64,000 nucleotides of DNA. It comes from Octopus vulgaris (Eukaryota). Shown piece after piece: positions 1 to 10,517 of the stretch; the stretch's first letter is position 1; each line of letters begins with the position of its first letter. Location: contig OX597837.1 of the NCBI GenBank assembly GCA_951406725.2, positions 33,976,001 through 34,040,000 of the forward strand, in the 5' to 3' direction. The position numbers and the translations under genes are program-made. A model generated the notes under the pieces. It was not told where the DNA came from, made no database searches, and worked only from the letters and a program-made list of their open reading frames with translations.

Positions 1-32
1 ATGTTTCAGGTTCTATATGAGACTATTTAATC

Positions 33-1148
33 ATGCCACGTACAAAAGAAGCATTGGAACTGTCCGAATTTCAAAGAGGCCGTATTGTGGGTCATTTTGA
101 AGGTGGACTTAGTCAATGTAATATCACAGAAGTCCTTGGGATCCTGCTTTATACAGTTAATAGAGTTATTGTGCAATTCACCAGAGAGGGGAAGGAGTTC
201 ATATTACCTCGCCTAGGTCGACCAGGGCCCTCTGACAGGGGCCTTGGCTTTGTTAAGAGAAGTGTGGAGGGTAATCCTCGAGGCAAGGCCTCTGAAATAG
301 CAGAACAAGTTGCTGTCAGTCCCAGAACAGCTGTCAGGTATCTCCACAAACTTGGCTACCTTAGCAGAGCAACCAGAAGGAAGCCACTTCTTCGGCTAGC
401 CAATATGAAGTGGAGAAAAGATTGGACCAGTGAGATGATGAGGAAGCTCATATACATATACATTTTGGGACAGTCCTATTCTCTGATGAGTCGAGTTTTG
501 CTGTATTTCCTGACAGTGGTCGAGTCAGGAGACTCTGTGATCTAGAATTTGGCGTGAAAAGATTACAGCCAATAATAAAACACGGCAGCTGTTTTGTGAT
601 GTTCTGGGGAGCAATTTGGAGCAATGGTTGATCAGAGCTGATGGGGGGTGAGGGAAACATAAAATCAGATAGACATGTGTCCATATTGTAGAAAGGACCC
701 CTTCCAATCTTCTCCAGTCGTGAAATGACTAAAGAAGACTATTTATGGAAGATGGGGTTCCTTGTCACACGACTAAAAAGACAAGATTGGTTGGAAGAGA
801 ATGGCATTAAAAAGCTTCCATGGCCAAGCCGATCACCAGGGATGAACCCTGTTGAACACCTCTGGGGCATAATGGGCAGGACACTTCATAAAAAGACCGA
901 AAAAGCATCCTCGAAACCAGGTGTTTTGAGATTACTGCGTGAAACCTGGCAAGAAATCCCTCAGCAGAATAGTCGTCATCTGATCATTAACATGCCTAAT
1001 AGGGTCTTTGTCTTGAAAAATGCAAAGGGTAAGTTTATAGAATATTAGATATTCACATTATGATAATTAATAAATAATTTGAATGTATAACTTCAGATTT
1101 AAATAAATGTTACCGATTATAAGGGTGTCTATTTACTTCTGCCATGTG
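33..1148 (+). mobile_element. Tc1-like (DD34E) DNA transposon, frameshifted transposase remnant with putative 3' TIR
   Basis: N-terminal [12 protein letters not shown]...GRP HTH and RRKPLL (33-545). SDES at ~481 and EDGVPCH...WPSRSPGMNPVEHLW give D-34-E spacing once a frameshift is repaired. Stop at 1048. Putative TIR gggtgtctatttacttctgccatgtg at ~1122-1148; the 5' end lies outside the window. Confidence 0.9.
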
Positions 1149-1224
<76 letters not shown>

Positions 1225-1329
1225 TGTGTGTGAGTGTATGTATATATATATATATATATATAATATGAGAGGTTTTGGTATCCAGAGGACCCAAAAGGCA
1301 GGTAAGGTTATGCAAGTGCTACAGAAGTA

Positions 1330-1405
1330 GAAGACACTGTGGGACTGAACCCGGAACCATGTGGTTGATAAGCAAGCCTCTTACCACACAGCCATTCCTG
1401 CTCCT
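1330..1405 (-). mobile_element. SINE family A head fragment
   Basis: gaagacac...gggactgaacccggaaccatgtggttg...ttaccacacagcca is the reverse complement of the family A tRNA-like head. Confidence 0.7.
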
Positions 1406-1554
1406 ATATATATAAATAAAATGAATTATAATTGAGGGTACACGAGGTGCCGGCATTGCTTTAAAAATTAGAGTCGAAAAATTTTCAAATAAACCCTTAA
1501 TTCACTGGAAATACAACAGACACAACAGAAATCGGGCAACGAACAAAGAAATTA

Positions 1555-1630
1555 CCGTATTTGATGGCCTATAAGACGCACCTTTTTCATTCAAAAATGG
1601 CTTAAAATATCCCCCTGCGTCCAATGCACT
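1555..1630 (+). mobile_element. Possible Tc2/pogo-like terminal fragment
   Basis: TA followed by CCGTATTTGATGGCCTATAAGACGCAC resembles Tc2/pogo-type termini; no partner end seen. Confidence 0.4.
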
Positions 1631-1857
1631 CTATGTATACTCAAAATTCGCATACGGTATGTATGTTTACAAAACGTGTGCTACCAGTCGAAAGCTCCGC
1701 ATACCGGAAGCCAGCAAATGTATGGGGGCCTAAGGAGACAATGCGCGCCGTTTCGGAGCCTACTTCGACGGCACCAATGCACACCGGGCCCCCTCACTGA
1801 TATGAGGTCCCGCTTGTTAGATCAACTGGTTATTAAATAAAGCTCAATATTAAAAAA

Positions 1858-2098
1858 AAGCTTCTATCCATCGCCCATCCTCTCTTTGTAACCAACTCCA
1901 GTCGCTAGCCTTTTCCATTGTAGTTTGGAAATAGGTCATGGTGGTATTTGCCTTACGATGAGTTAGGCCTAACGATAACAACAGTTGCCTCACACTGTGA
2001 CCAACAAATCCTCTACACCCGACTTCGTCTGGAAAATGCTCCGCTTTCCAACCTGCGTCTCCACATTCCTCGAGGAGGTTTACATAACGGTCAACCGT

Positions 2099-2100
<2 letters not shown>
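1858..2100 (-). mobile_element. HERO-like non-LTR retrotransposon, C-terminal (RLE region) fragment
   Basis: Manual minus-strand translation: RYVNLLEECGDAGWKAEHFPDEVGCRGFVGHSVRQLLSLGL...EKASDWSWLQRE. The GW...P.EVGCRGF and AS.W.W motifs are typical of the HERO clade. Confidence 0.75.
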
Positions 2101-2150
<50 letters not shown>

Positions 2151-2186
2151 TTATTTTTTTTTATTTAATTTGCTTTGCAGGAGCAA

Positions 2187-2266
2187 CTGTTTTATCGAAA
2201 GCGTATATTGTTGTTAAATGCTCGAAATACGAGACTAGAAAAAGCAACCAACAACTGATGAAGGGT
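2187..2266 (+). ncRNA. Non-circularly permuted hammerhead-like motif, copy 1
   Basis: Stem III cgtat(2202-6)/atacg(2227-31); H17=A2207; stem I ttgttg(2208-13)/caacaa(2249-54); GAA 2224-6; CTGATGA 2255-61 plus an extra A; stem II gctc/gggt. Confidence 0.65.
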
Positions 2267-2494
2267 CGTTCTTTGTGTTGTTTGTCTTGTTTTCCATTTG
2301 TGTCTTTCATTGTTCGAAAACTAGTTCATATTCCATGTAATCGTACTTCGTATTTTTTGTTGTACACGTTTCGTATACATATATATATATATATATAACG
2401 GGAAGGTTTACGAAAATAAACAAAAGACGAAGGCAGGTGGAGTACAAACAAACAAATGTATTAGTATGGCGCTGAGGAATAGAAATAGAACAAG

Positions 2495-2532
2495 TCTTTT
2501 ACGTTTCGAGCCTACGCTCTTCGACAGAAAGA
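2495..2532 (-). ncRNA. Minimal type-I hammerhead-like motif (A6U variant) in a short dispersed repeat
   Basis: Minus strand: tcttt-CTGTCGA-A-gagc-gtag-gctc-GAA-ACGT-A-aaaga. Stems I and II are perfect and stem III is palindromic. Confidence 0.55.
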
Positions 2533-2747
2533 TATACAGAAAAAAAAACGAGGAGAGAGAAAAATATATATATACTTATGTATACATATATATACGTGCA
2601 TTTGTATGTCCATGCGCGAATATTGTTGAATTTGTATACACACATAAACACTCACACACACACACACATGTATATATTTACATACATACATATATATATT
2701 ATATCGAAAACATAGGTGTGTGTGTTTATACATATGTGTGTATATTA

Positions 2748-2803
<56 letters not shown>

Positions 2804-2979
2804 AAAAAATAATTTTTTACATCTCTATCAACACAACGCTACAAAGTTTTTTCTTAACTCTTCCTTTTTTTCCCGCTTTTTCTCCGTGTGTATAACCTCC
2901 CGAATACCTACACCGCTCTTTGTAGTCATACATCTGTATGTGCGGGATTGATACAGGCATACATACATACATACATACA

Positions 2980-3011
<32 letters not shown>

Positions 3012-3191
3012 GAGAGACAGAGAAAGAGAGAGAGATACATACATACATCCGCACAAAAATATACATGCGTAAGTATATCTACAAATGTGTGTATATATAT
3101 ATTATATGAGTATGTATAAATATATATACATTTCCATACTTGTTTATAAATATGTATTATCTTATGTCTACCTTTCTTTCTCTTTCTTTTT

Positions 3192-3228
<37 letters not shown>

Positions 3229-3861
3229 TGTGTATGTGTGTATGTTTATACATATATATAAACACACATACGCACATACACATACACGCGCACACACATA
3301 CACGCGCGTTCACATACACATACACGCACGCACACAGACTGCGCGCTCACATACACACACTCGCGCACACACACACACACGCACACACACACACACACAC
3401 ACACACGCATACACACACACACAATTCTGACATTGTTATCGCCGTAACTTCCCATACTGTCGACCAATGATAACGCCGGCTTTACAATGACGTCATAGGT
3501 GAGTCACTCCGCACTTGAGAGACGCCCGTATACTTCAGTATTAGGCATATTGGACACCACACCCTGGATACTTTCCTCAAAAGACTCTTATTTACACTTC
3601 GTCGTCGTCTTTCTCTTCTTATTTTATTTGTTACACATTTTTTTTGTATATATTTTACTTTCTAATTCGTCTCAATTTCACAATTTTTTTTGTATTGCTC
3701 TTTTTCTTTAACAAGTGACAAAACTTTCAGCTAGAACGAAATGACGAAGTTTATAAACAACATTTTAGAAGACTCTAAGCAAAACACAAGGTACATTCCA
3801 GAAGTTTTCAGATTTTTTTCGGGAGAGACATTTATTAATTTCAAAGAAGTATAAAACTCTA

Positions 3862-4083
3862 TTGTGTCTGGGGAGAGTCATTTTCTTTTTGTACCTTATA
3901 ATGTAACACACTCACCGGTAAAATTTCCACTTGTTTCTTATTTTTATTGCGTCTTGCAACTGAAAAGGTTGCAAGACGCAACGAAAATTTTAGGAAAATA
4001 AAAATAAGGAATAAGTGGGAATTTTACCGGTGAGTGTGTTACATTATAAGGCACAAAAAGAAAATGTCTCTCCCCAGACACAA
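3862..4083. repeat. Fold-back (inverted repeat) element, probably PLE pLTR-derived
   Basis: ~85-bp arms ttgtgtctggggagag...cttatttttatt and aataaaaataagg...ctctccccagacacaa; perfect 14-bp inner hairpin 3947-3981; part of the right arm plus its flank recurs at ~42865-42970. Confidence 0.8.
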
Positions 4084-4361
4084 CAGAATATGCTTCAACA
4101 CACGAACTCATATAAAGAATCTTGCAAACCGAATCCAAAAACGAAATATAAAACTCTAATCTCCTTCGAAATAGAATTCTCTGAATTGTTGTGGAGCTCA
4201 CTTTGTGAGGGGTCCATGGAAGCCCTTTGCAGTGAAGGTGTTCAGGCCCCTTGTCACAGCCACTTTCATTGTCAAAATGACTGCACTTGAGGTTCTCCTT
4301 GAGTTTGGGGAGGTACCAAAAGTCACAGAAAGCAGGACGATGAGGGACAGTTTTGAGGCCC

Positions 4362-4489
4362 TAGGGAGGACACAATGTCAGAAGGGAATACAATTACAGG
4401 AGAAAAGAGCTTAGTGACATTATTTAGAAGGGTGCATTTCTTTTCTTGAGGGAAGAACGTGCCCCTCAGCCTCCCACTGGATCCGCCCC
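4362..4489 (-). mobile_element. 128-bp insertion in the mariner remnant, flanked by an 8-bp direct repeat
   Basis: TGAGGCCC at 4354-4361 and 4490-4497; removing the insert restores EMG-L-KTVPHRP; one end reads GGGGCGGATCCAG (MITE-like). Confidence 0.65.
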
Positions 4490-4574
4490 TGAGGCCCATC
4501 TCTGTCACGTAGTTGGTCACCAGGACGCTCATTGCTGAACACCCATGGAACAAACTTTGCGCAAATAAAGAATG

Positions 4575-4653
4575 ACCCTTCATCAGTTGTTGGCTGTTTT
4601 TCTAATCTCGTATTTCGAGTATTTAACAACAATATACGCTTTCGATAAAATAG
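4575..4653 (-). ncRNA. Non-circularly permuted hammerhead-like motif, copy 2
   Basis: Inverted copy of 2187-2266 with the same stem I and III pairs; stem II actc/gggt. Confidence 0.65.
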
Positions 4654-4681
4654 TTGCTCCTGCAAAGCAAATTGAATAAAA

Positions 4682-5084
4682 CTAGCAGTATCGCCCGGCG
4701 TTGCTCGGGTTTGTAAGGGAAATAACTATATAAGCATTTTTAGAGAGTTATAGCAAAAAATAGCAAAAACATGCATTAAAAATGGAAAAAAAATTAGCGT
4801 AAATTTTTTTTAAAATCGTTGACTCATCGTATACATTTTTAGAGAGTTACTTCCCTTATATAATAGCGAAAAAATGCATTAAATGGAAAAAAATGATGGT
4901 AAATTTTTTTTTAAATCGTAGACTCATCGTAGACGCGCGCTAATACCCAGAAGGGCTCGATATGAATCACGACTATAAGATACCCGGTTTTGGTTAAACT
5001 GCACCGCAAAATGTGGGAGTAGTTAGGAATCTAAATTGTAGGAGACAGACACTCACACAACTTCACTTTTATATATATAGAAGA
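4682..5084 (-). mobile_element. Non-autonomous Helitron-like element
   Basis: Minus strand starts TC(ttctatatatataaaag) and ends cccgagcaacgccgggcgatactg-CTAG with a subterminal hairpin; inserted between A and T. Confidence 0.75.
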
Positions 5085-5700
5085 TATATATATATGATTT
5101 TTGTGCATGTTCAGTTCCTCATGAATAACTTTGTGTACCATTTCCGCACCGACTCCAAACTGGATCTTTGTCTTCATAGACACAAAACGGTCTTCTTTCA
5201 GAAAATTGTAAATGTCCTCAACCAGCCCTGATTTTCTGACATCCTTCTCCCTCTCACACTTCTCATCGCCTCTTACCTCCTCTCAACCGTTCTTGAATCT
5301 CTTGTGCCACCGAAAATGTTAATCTATGACCAGGCTGGAGCATTTCATATAAGTTTCTCTGGCATTTTTGCCCTGTGAAACACAAGACTTCATTGCATAA
5401 CGAACTTCCAAATTCTCTTCGCGTTCCGATTGCATTCTGCGAACGAGTCAGCTGTGGCAAACAGTTTTTAGTAAGGTGTCTTCAAAGTGTTGTTACAGCT
5501 GTCTTCTTCGATCTGGAATAACAAAAGTTGGCAGTTCAGCTTATTAGACAATATACTAATGATATACGAAGATTACAATTATCTACCTTAAAACTTTTGG
5601 AACGAACCTCGGATACATGTGTGTGTGTGTGTTTGTGCATGTGTATCGCTAGCTACTACACATTCTTTATTTTCTCTCCTTATTTTTTCTTTCTGTGTTC

Positions 5701-5736
5701 CTTTCTGTGGAAGAGCGTAGGCTTGAAACGTTGAAG
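5701..5736 (+). ncRNA. Minimal type-I hammerhead-like motif (A6U variant), same family as 2495-2532
   Basis: cttt-CTGTGGA-A-gagc-gtag-gctt-GAA-ACGT-T-gaag; flanking repeat is homologous to 2395-2560. Confidence 0.5.
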
Positions 5737-6166
5737 ACTTTTTCACTTCCCGAGCGTTATACTAATACTAATGTCTTTTTTGTGAATTCTCCCCCAATAT
5801 ATATATATACACAAATACATCTGTTTATTGTCTACACCACCTGTCTTCGTTTTGGTTTTTTTTTGTGAATTCTCCCTATATATATATATGTGTGTGTGTG
5901 TGTATAATATTGTTATATATTTACTTACATATATAATAAATACGGATATATATGTATAGTGATTTACATGTGCGTATACCATAAAATGCACACACACACA
6001 TCTATATGAGATATATATATATATATATACATACACACACACGTGTGTGTGTGTGTGCACGTGTGTGTAATATGTACGTACACACACACACAGGCACATA
6101 CACACAGACACACACACACAGGCACAGACAAACACAAAGATACACACACACACACACAGACACACA

Positions 6167-6217
<51 letters not shown>

Positions 6218-6529
6218 GCATGCATTAATGTCAGGTCACTGTTCAAGTGTTACTGCAAACATGTCAGAACAACCTGTTGCCTGATCGGTTCGTCGGCGAC
6301 TAAACTGGCAAGCCTTTACCACACACAGCAAGCGGGCTTTGGTGAGCTGGAGGATTCTGGGATACACCTGCCGGATAAAACACAAAACAAAACAAAAAAA
6401 AAACAACAAGGCCCGTTAAAGATCGGATGAACTGATGAGAGTCGACAGACATCCAGTTGTGTGTCGTTCTGTTTCTTTCAAATCGCTGCTGACTTGTAAG
6501 GTACTCTTTGGTACAAAACGTTTCAAAGA

Positions 6530-7002
6530 GACGCAGGAGTTGCTGTGTGGTAAGTAGCTTGCTAACCAGCCACATGGTTCCGGGTTCAGTCCCACTGCGT
6601 GGCATCTTGGGCAAGTGTCTTCTGCTATAGCCCCGGGCCGACCAATGCTTTGTGGGTGGATTTGGTAGACGGAAACTGAAAGAAGCCCGTCGTATATATG
6701 TATATATATATATGTGTGTGTGTGTGTGTATGTAAGGTACATATATATATATATGTAAGGTACATATATATATATATATGTGTATGTGTGTGTGTTTGTA
6801 AGGTACTCTTTGGTACAAAACGTTTCAAAGAGGCGCAGGAGTTGCTGTGTGGTAAGTAGCTTGCTAACCAACCACATGGTTCCGGGTTCAGTCCCACTGC
6901 GTGGCATCTTGGGCAAGTGTCTTCTGCTATAGCCCCGAACCGACCAATGCTTTGTGGGTGGATTTGGCAGACGGAAACTGAAAGAAGCCCGTCGTATATA
7001 TG

Positions 7003-7033
<31 letters not shown>

Positions 7034-7250
7034 CTGTGTTTGTCCCCCTAGCATTGCTTGATAGCCGATGCTGGTGTGTTTACGTCCCCGTCACTTAGCG
7101 GTTCGGCAAAAGACACCGATAGAATAAGTACTGGGCTTACAAAGACTAAGTCCCGGGGTCGATTTGCTCGACTAAAGGCGGTGCTCCAGCATGGCCGCAG
7201 TCAGATGACTGAAACAAGTAAAAGAGTAAAAGAGAGTAAAAGAGTAAAGA
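6530..7250 (+). mobile_element. tRNA-derived SINE family A: duplicated head (6530-6795) plus full copy (6832-7250)
   Basis: Head GGCGCAGGAG-TGGCTGTGTGG (box A)...GGTTCAGTCCC (box B), CTTGGGCAAGTG core-like segment, internal (TA/TG)n and (AAGAGTA)n tail; more than 15 copies or fragments in the window. Confidence 0.9.
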
Positions 7251-7627
7251 GCACGGGCTGGAATGAGACCTGCAGTTGTCGTAGTTCAGTGGTTCTCAAC
7301 CGAAGTTCATACGGCCCCTGGAGGGTCCATATAAAATTCTGGGGGTGGGGGATGGGGTGGTTTTAGGTCCACGAAACGAAATGGTAAATTGTAGGATCTT
7401 TTTATTCTCTTAATTCTTTTACTTGTGTCATTCGTTTGACTGCGGCCATGTTGCAGCACCGCCTTAAAGGGTATTAATCGAACAAATCGACCCCCAGGAC
7501 TTATTCTTTGTAAGCCTAGTACTTATTCCGTCGCTCACTTTTGCCGAACTGCTAAGTTACGGGTACCTTAACACACCAAAATCAGTTGTCAAGCGATGGT
7601 TTGGTACAGACACAGATACAAACATAC

Positions 7628-7690
<63 letters not shown>

Positions 7691-7691
<1 letters not shown>

Positions 7692-7745
7692 AACAAAACT
7701 GTCCGACGAACGGGAACGTGAAACTCTGAGTAACAGCTTTTGTTA
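7691..7745 (+). ncRNA. Type-I hammerhead-like motif (U4C variant) with a 12-bp stem I
   Basis: taacaaaactgt-CCGACGA-acg-ggaa-cgt-GAA-actc-t-gagt-A-acag(c)ttttgtta; AATAAA ~20 nt downstream. Confidence 0.7.
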
Positions 7746-7934
7746 TATTTCTGCTGCTTTTAAATAAAGCATATTACTCTATCTCTGGTATTTCAGTACT
7801 CTTTTTTCCACCTTGTTTCACATTTCTGTGCTTACTCCGGTACATACATACATACATACATACATACATACATACATACATACATACATACATACATACA
7901 TACGTACGTACATACATACCTAATACATACATGC

Positions 7935-7980
<46 letters not shown>

Positions 7981-8219
7981 GACGGGCTTCTTTCATTTTC
8001 CGTCTACAAAATTAACTCTCAAGGCTTTTATCGGCCCGAGGCTATAATAAAAGACACTTGCCCAAGGTACCACGCAGTGGGACTGAACCCGGAACCATGT
8101 GGTTGGGAAGCAATCTTCTTACCCCACAGCCACGCTTGAGTACCCAAGACGACAAATACGTACATATATGTGGTGAGATTTATTTGTGCGTACACTATAA
8201 AATTCACACACACATCTAT

Positions 8220-8268
<49 letters not shown>

Positions 8269-8306
8269 GTGTGTGTGTGTAATATGTACATACACACGCA
8301 TACACA

Positions 8307-8342
<36 letters not shown>

Positions 8343-8701
8343 CTCTCTCTCACGCATTAACGTCAGGTCACTCTTCAAGTGTTACTGCAAACATTTCGTA
8401 ACAACGCCAAACACATAGAAAAAGCCAGCAACTAATGCCTCCTTAAAAAGCCTCAATTTTAGCGAGAAGATAACTACATCCATCCGAAGAACCATAAGAA
8501 AAGGGCAAGACGTACAACTAGCCCACTCCGGCTCCTCTCTGAGAAGACACCTCACAAAGAAACGAACAAGGGACAACAATCAATGCACACTAGCAAACTG
8601 CTCCATCCGTGACACAGATTTATGTCAACGGGTAAATGTCGTGTATAGAATACAATGTAACAAATGCAACAAGTTCTGTTCTATGTGGGTAGCACAACAA
8701 G

Positions 8702-9299
8702 GAACTGTCTGGAACAGGTTGGGTCTTTTGCACTGTTTGGGTGCAACACAATTTCCTTCTTTGTTTCCAAAAACTACCGGTGTCAGAAACAAGAAAGCAA
8801 CCTTAAAAAATATGACACTTTATTTCGAGACAATGGAATTTACTATGCTACGCCAGACTTTACAGTCCATCATAGCATTACGGAGGTCCTGTTGCTGGAT
8901 GCCTGTATCCCTGGAGATTACATCAGGGTAGGAGAGTTGGTAAATTGGTGACCACTTGGTGTAGGTACCGCAAGACTGAAGTTAAACACTTGTAAAGATA
9001 AACCTCACAAAAACTCCAGCAGCAACAGAGCCGGTCAAATCCCAAGCGTCTGGGACAGGAGAATAGGCTGATAACACGTTGAAACACGTCTTCTCTCTTC
9101 AACGAACGCCATAGAATTCTCGTTCCCAGTTTTTAGCGCATGGGCATTAGGGAACTTCCTTAGGCCTTTTCAGAAGGTTCCAGCCCCGCACAACGCACAC
9201 TGAAGAATGACGTCAGCTTTTAGCGCATGTGCATTAGGGAACTTCCTTAGGCCTTTTCAGAAGGTTCCAGCCCCGCACACGCACACTGAAGAATGACGT
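8702..9299 (+). mobile_element. ~600-bp insertion with 9-bp TSD inside the GIY-YIG domain; possible RLE non-LTR 3' fragment
   Basis: CACAACAAG at 8693-8701 and 9300-9308; internal peptide DNGIYYATPDFTV...LLLDACIPGD resembles a PD..D-type RLE motif; ends in an ~86-bp tandem duplication (~9130-9299). Confidence 0.6.
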
Positions 9300-9816
9300 C
9301 ACAACAAGACCGTTACACATTCGCATCAAAGAACATCTGAACACGTGAGCCCCCTCCTTCAGAAAACAACTAGACAGATGCTGGAACACTGACAAAAGCA
9401 TAACGGTCACAATTGAGGCCAATGAAAGAAATTTGGGTAATCTAAGAATTAAGGAAGCTATCCTCATAGACAGATTAGGGCCCCGAATTAACAACAGGCT
9501 TGAGGCTGGCGGTCAATATATTATTTAGCTACATCTGGATGCGTGTAGGTTCGTTTTTGAAAACATGCTCATGTATTATTTATAACAGAAAAAGAAAGAA
9601 GAAAAAAAATGAAACTGTACGTATAATACATAACTTAGAAGCAGCGCTACGGATGTGCCAGCACAGAAGAGATTCGGACATGGCCGCCCTCACGCACTTC
9701 TCATGGGGAATTCCGGAAGGAGCTTCGTGAGACCACTGCAGAGACGCTTCCGGAAAAAAAATAATTTAAAAAAAGTTGGAAAACCGATTATAGCAGTGAC
9801 TCGATCAATTCCTTGG

Positions 9817-9858
9817 GATATCCGAAGAAGGAATCTTTATATTCCGAAATATTATATC
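9817..9858 (+). ncRNA. Minimal type-I hammerhead-like motif (U4C variant) at a PLE 3' end
   Basis: gatat-CCGAAGA-A-ggaat-ctttat-attcc-GAA-ATAT-T-atatc; stems I and II are perfect. Confidence 0.7.
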
Positions 9859-9974
9859 AGAATATGGATGATTAAATTATATCACTTATATAGTCCGTTG
9901 TTGTTATTGTAGGGCATTGTTGTGCCATTCAAGACATTATATTTTATACATACATACATACATACATACATACA

Positions 9975-10006
<32 letters not shown>

Positions 10007-10015
10007 CATACATAC

Positions 10016-10062
<47 letters not shown>

Positions 10063-10227
10063 GGCGCAGGAGTGGCTGTGTGGTAAGTAGCTTGCTAACC
10101 AACCACATGGTTCCGGGTTCAGTCCCACTGCGTGGCATCTTGGGCAAGAGTCTTCTGCTATAGCCCCGGGCCGACCAATGCCTTGTGAGTGGATTTGGTA
10201 GACGGAAACTGAAAGAAGCCTGTCGTA

Positions 10228-10298
<71 letters not shown>

Positions 10299-10517
10299 TT
10301 GTGTGTCTGTGTTTGTTCCCCTAGCATTGCTTGACAACCGATGCTGGTGTGTTTACGTCCCCGTAACTTAGCGGTTCGGCAAAAAGAGACCGATAGAATA
10401 AGTACTGGATTTACAAAAGAATAAGTCCCGGGGTCGATTTGCTTGACTAAAGGCGGTGCTCCAGCATGGCCGCAGTCAAATGACTGAAACAAGTAAAAGA
10501 GTAAAAGAGTAAAGAGT
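10063..10517 (+). mobile_element. SINE family A, full length
   Basis: Complete head, body, internal (TA)n and tail. Confidence 0.9.

Larger units (their letters stand above)
4156..5611 (-). mobile_element. Mariner transposon remnant interrupted by three nested insertions
   Basis: TIR-like cgaggttcgttccaaaagttt at 5611-5591. Colinear peptides: MQSEREENLEVRYAMK...FRWHKRFKNG...IHEELNMHK (~5435-5100), ICAKFVP (~4566), VLVTNYVTEMG|KTVPHRP, CDFWYLPKLKENL and YFEGD* (stop 4158-4156). Confidence 0.85.
8395..9900 (+). mobile_element. Penelope-like retroelement 3' fragment (GIY-YIG endonuclease plus HHR-bearing terminus), interrupted
   Basis: CQRVNVVYRIQCNKCNKF(Y)VGSTTR (to 8701) continues as TTRPLHIRIKEHL...LRIKEAILI...INNR (9301-9497); HHR motif on the same strand at 9817-9858. 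Confidence 0.85.

Noticed and set aside
481-500. CTGATGAG resembling a hammerhead core
   Set aside because: Encodes the SDES catalytic motif of the Tc1 transposase; no GAAA or stems
6300-7054. Recurrent ORFs with RRASFSFRLPNP...MPRSGTEPGTMWL
   Set aside because: Antisense reading of SINE family A, repeated at every copy
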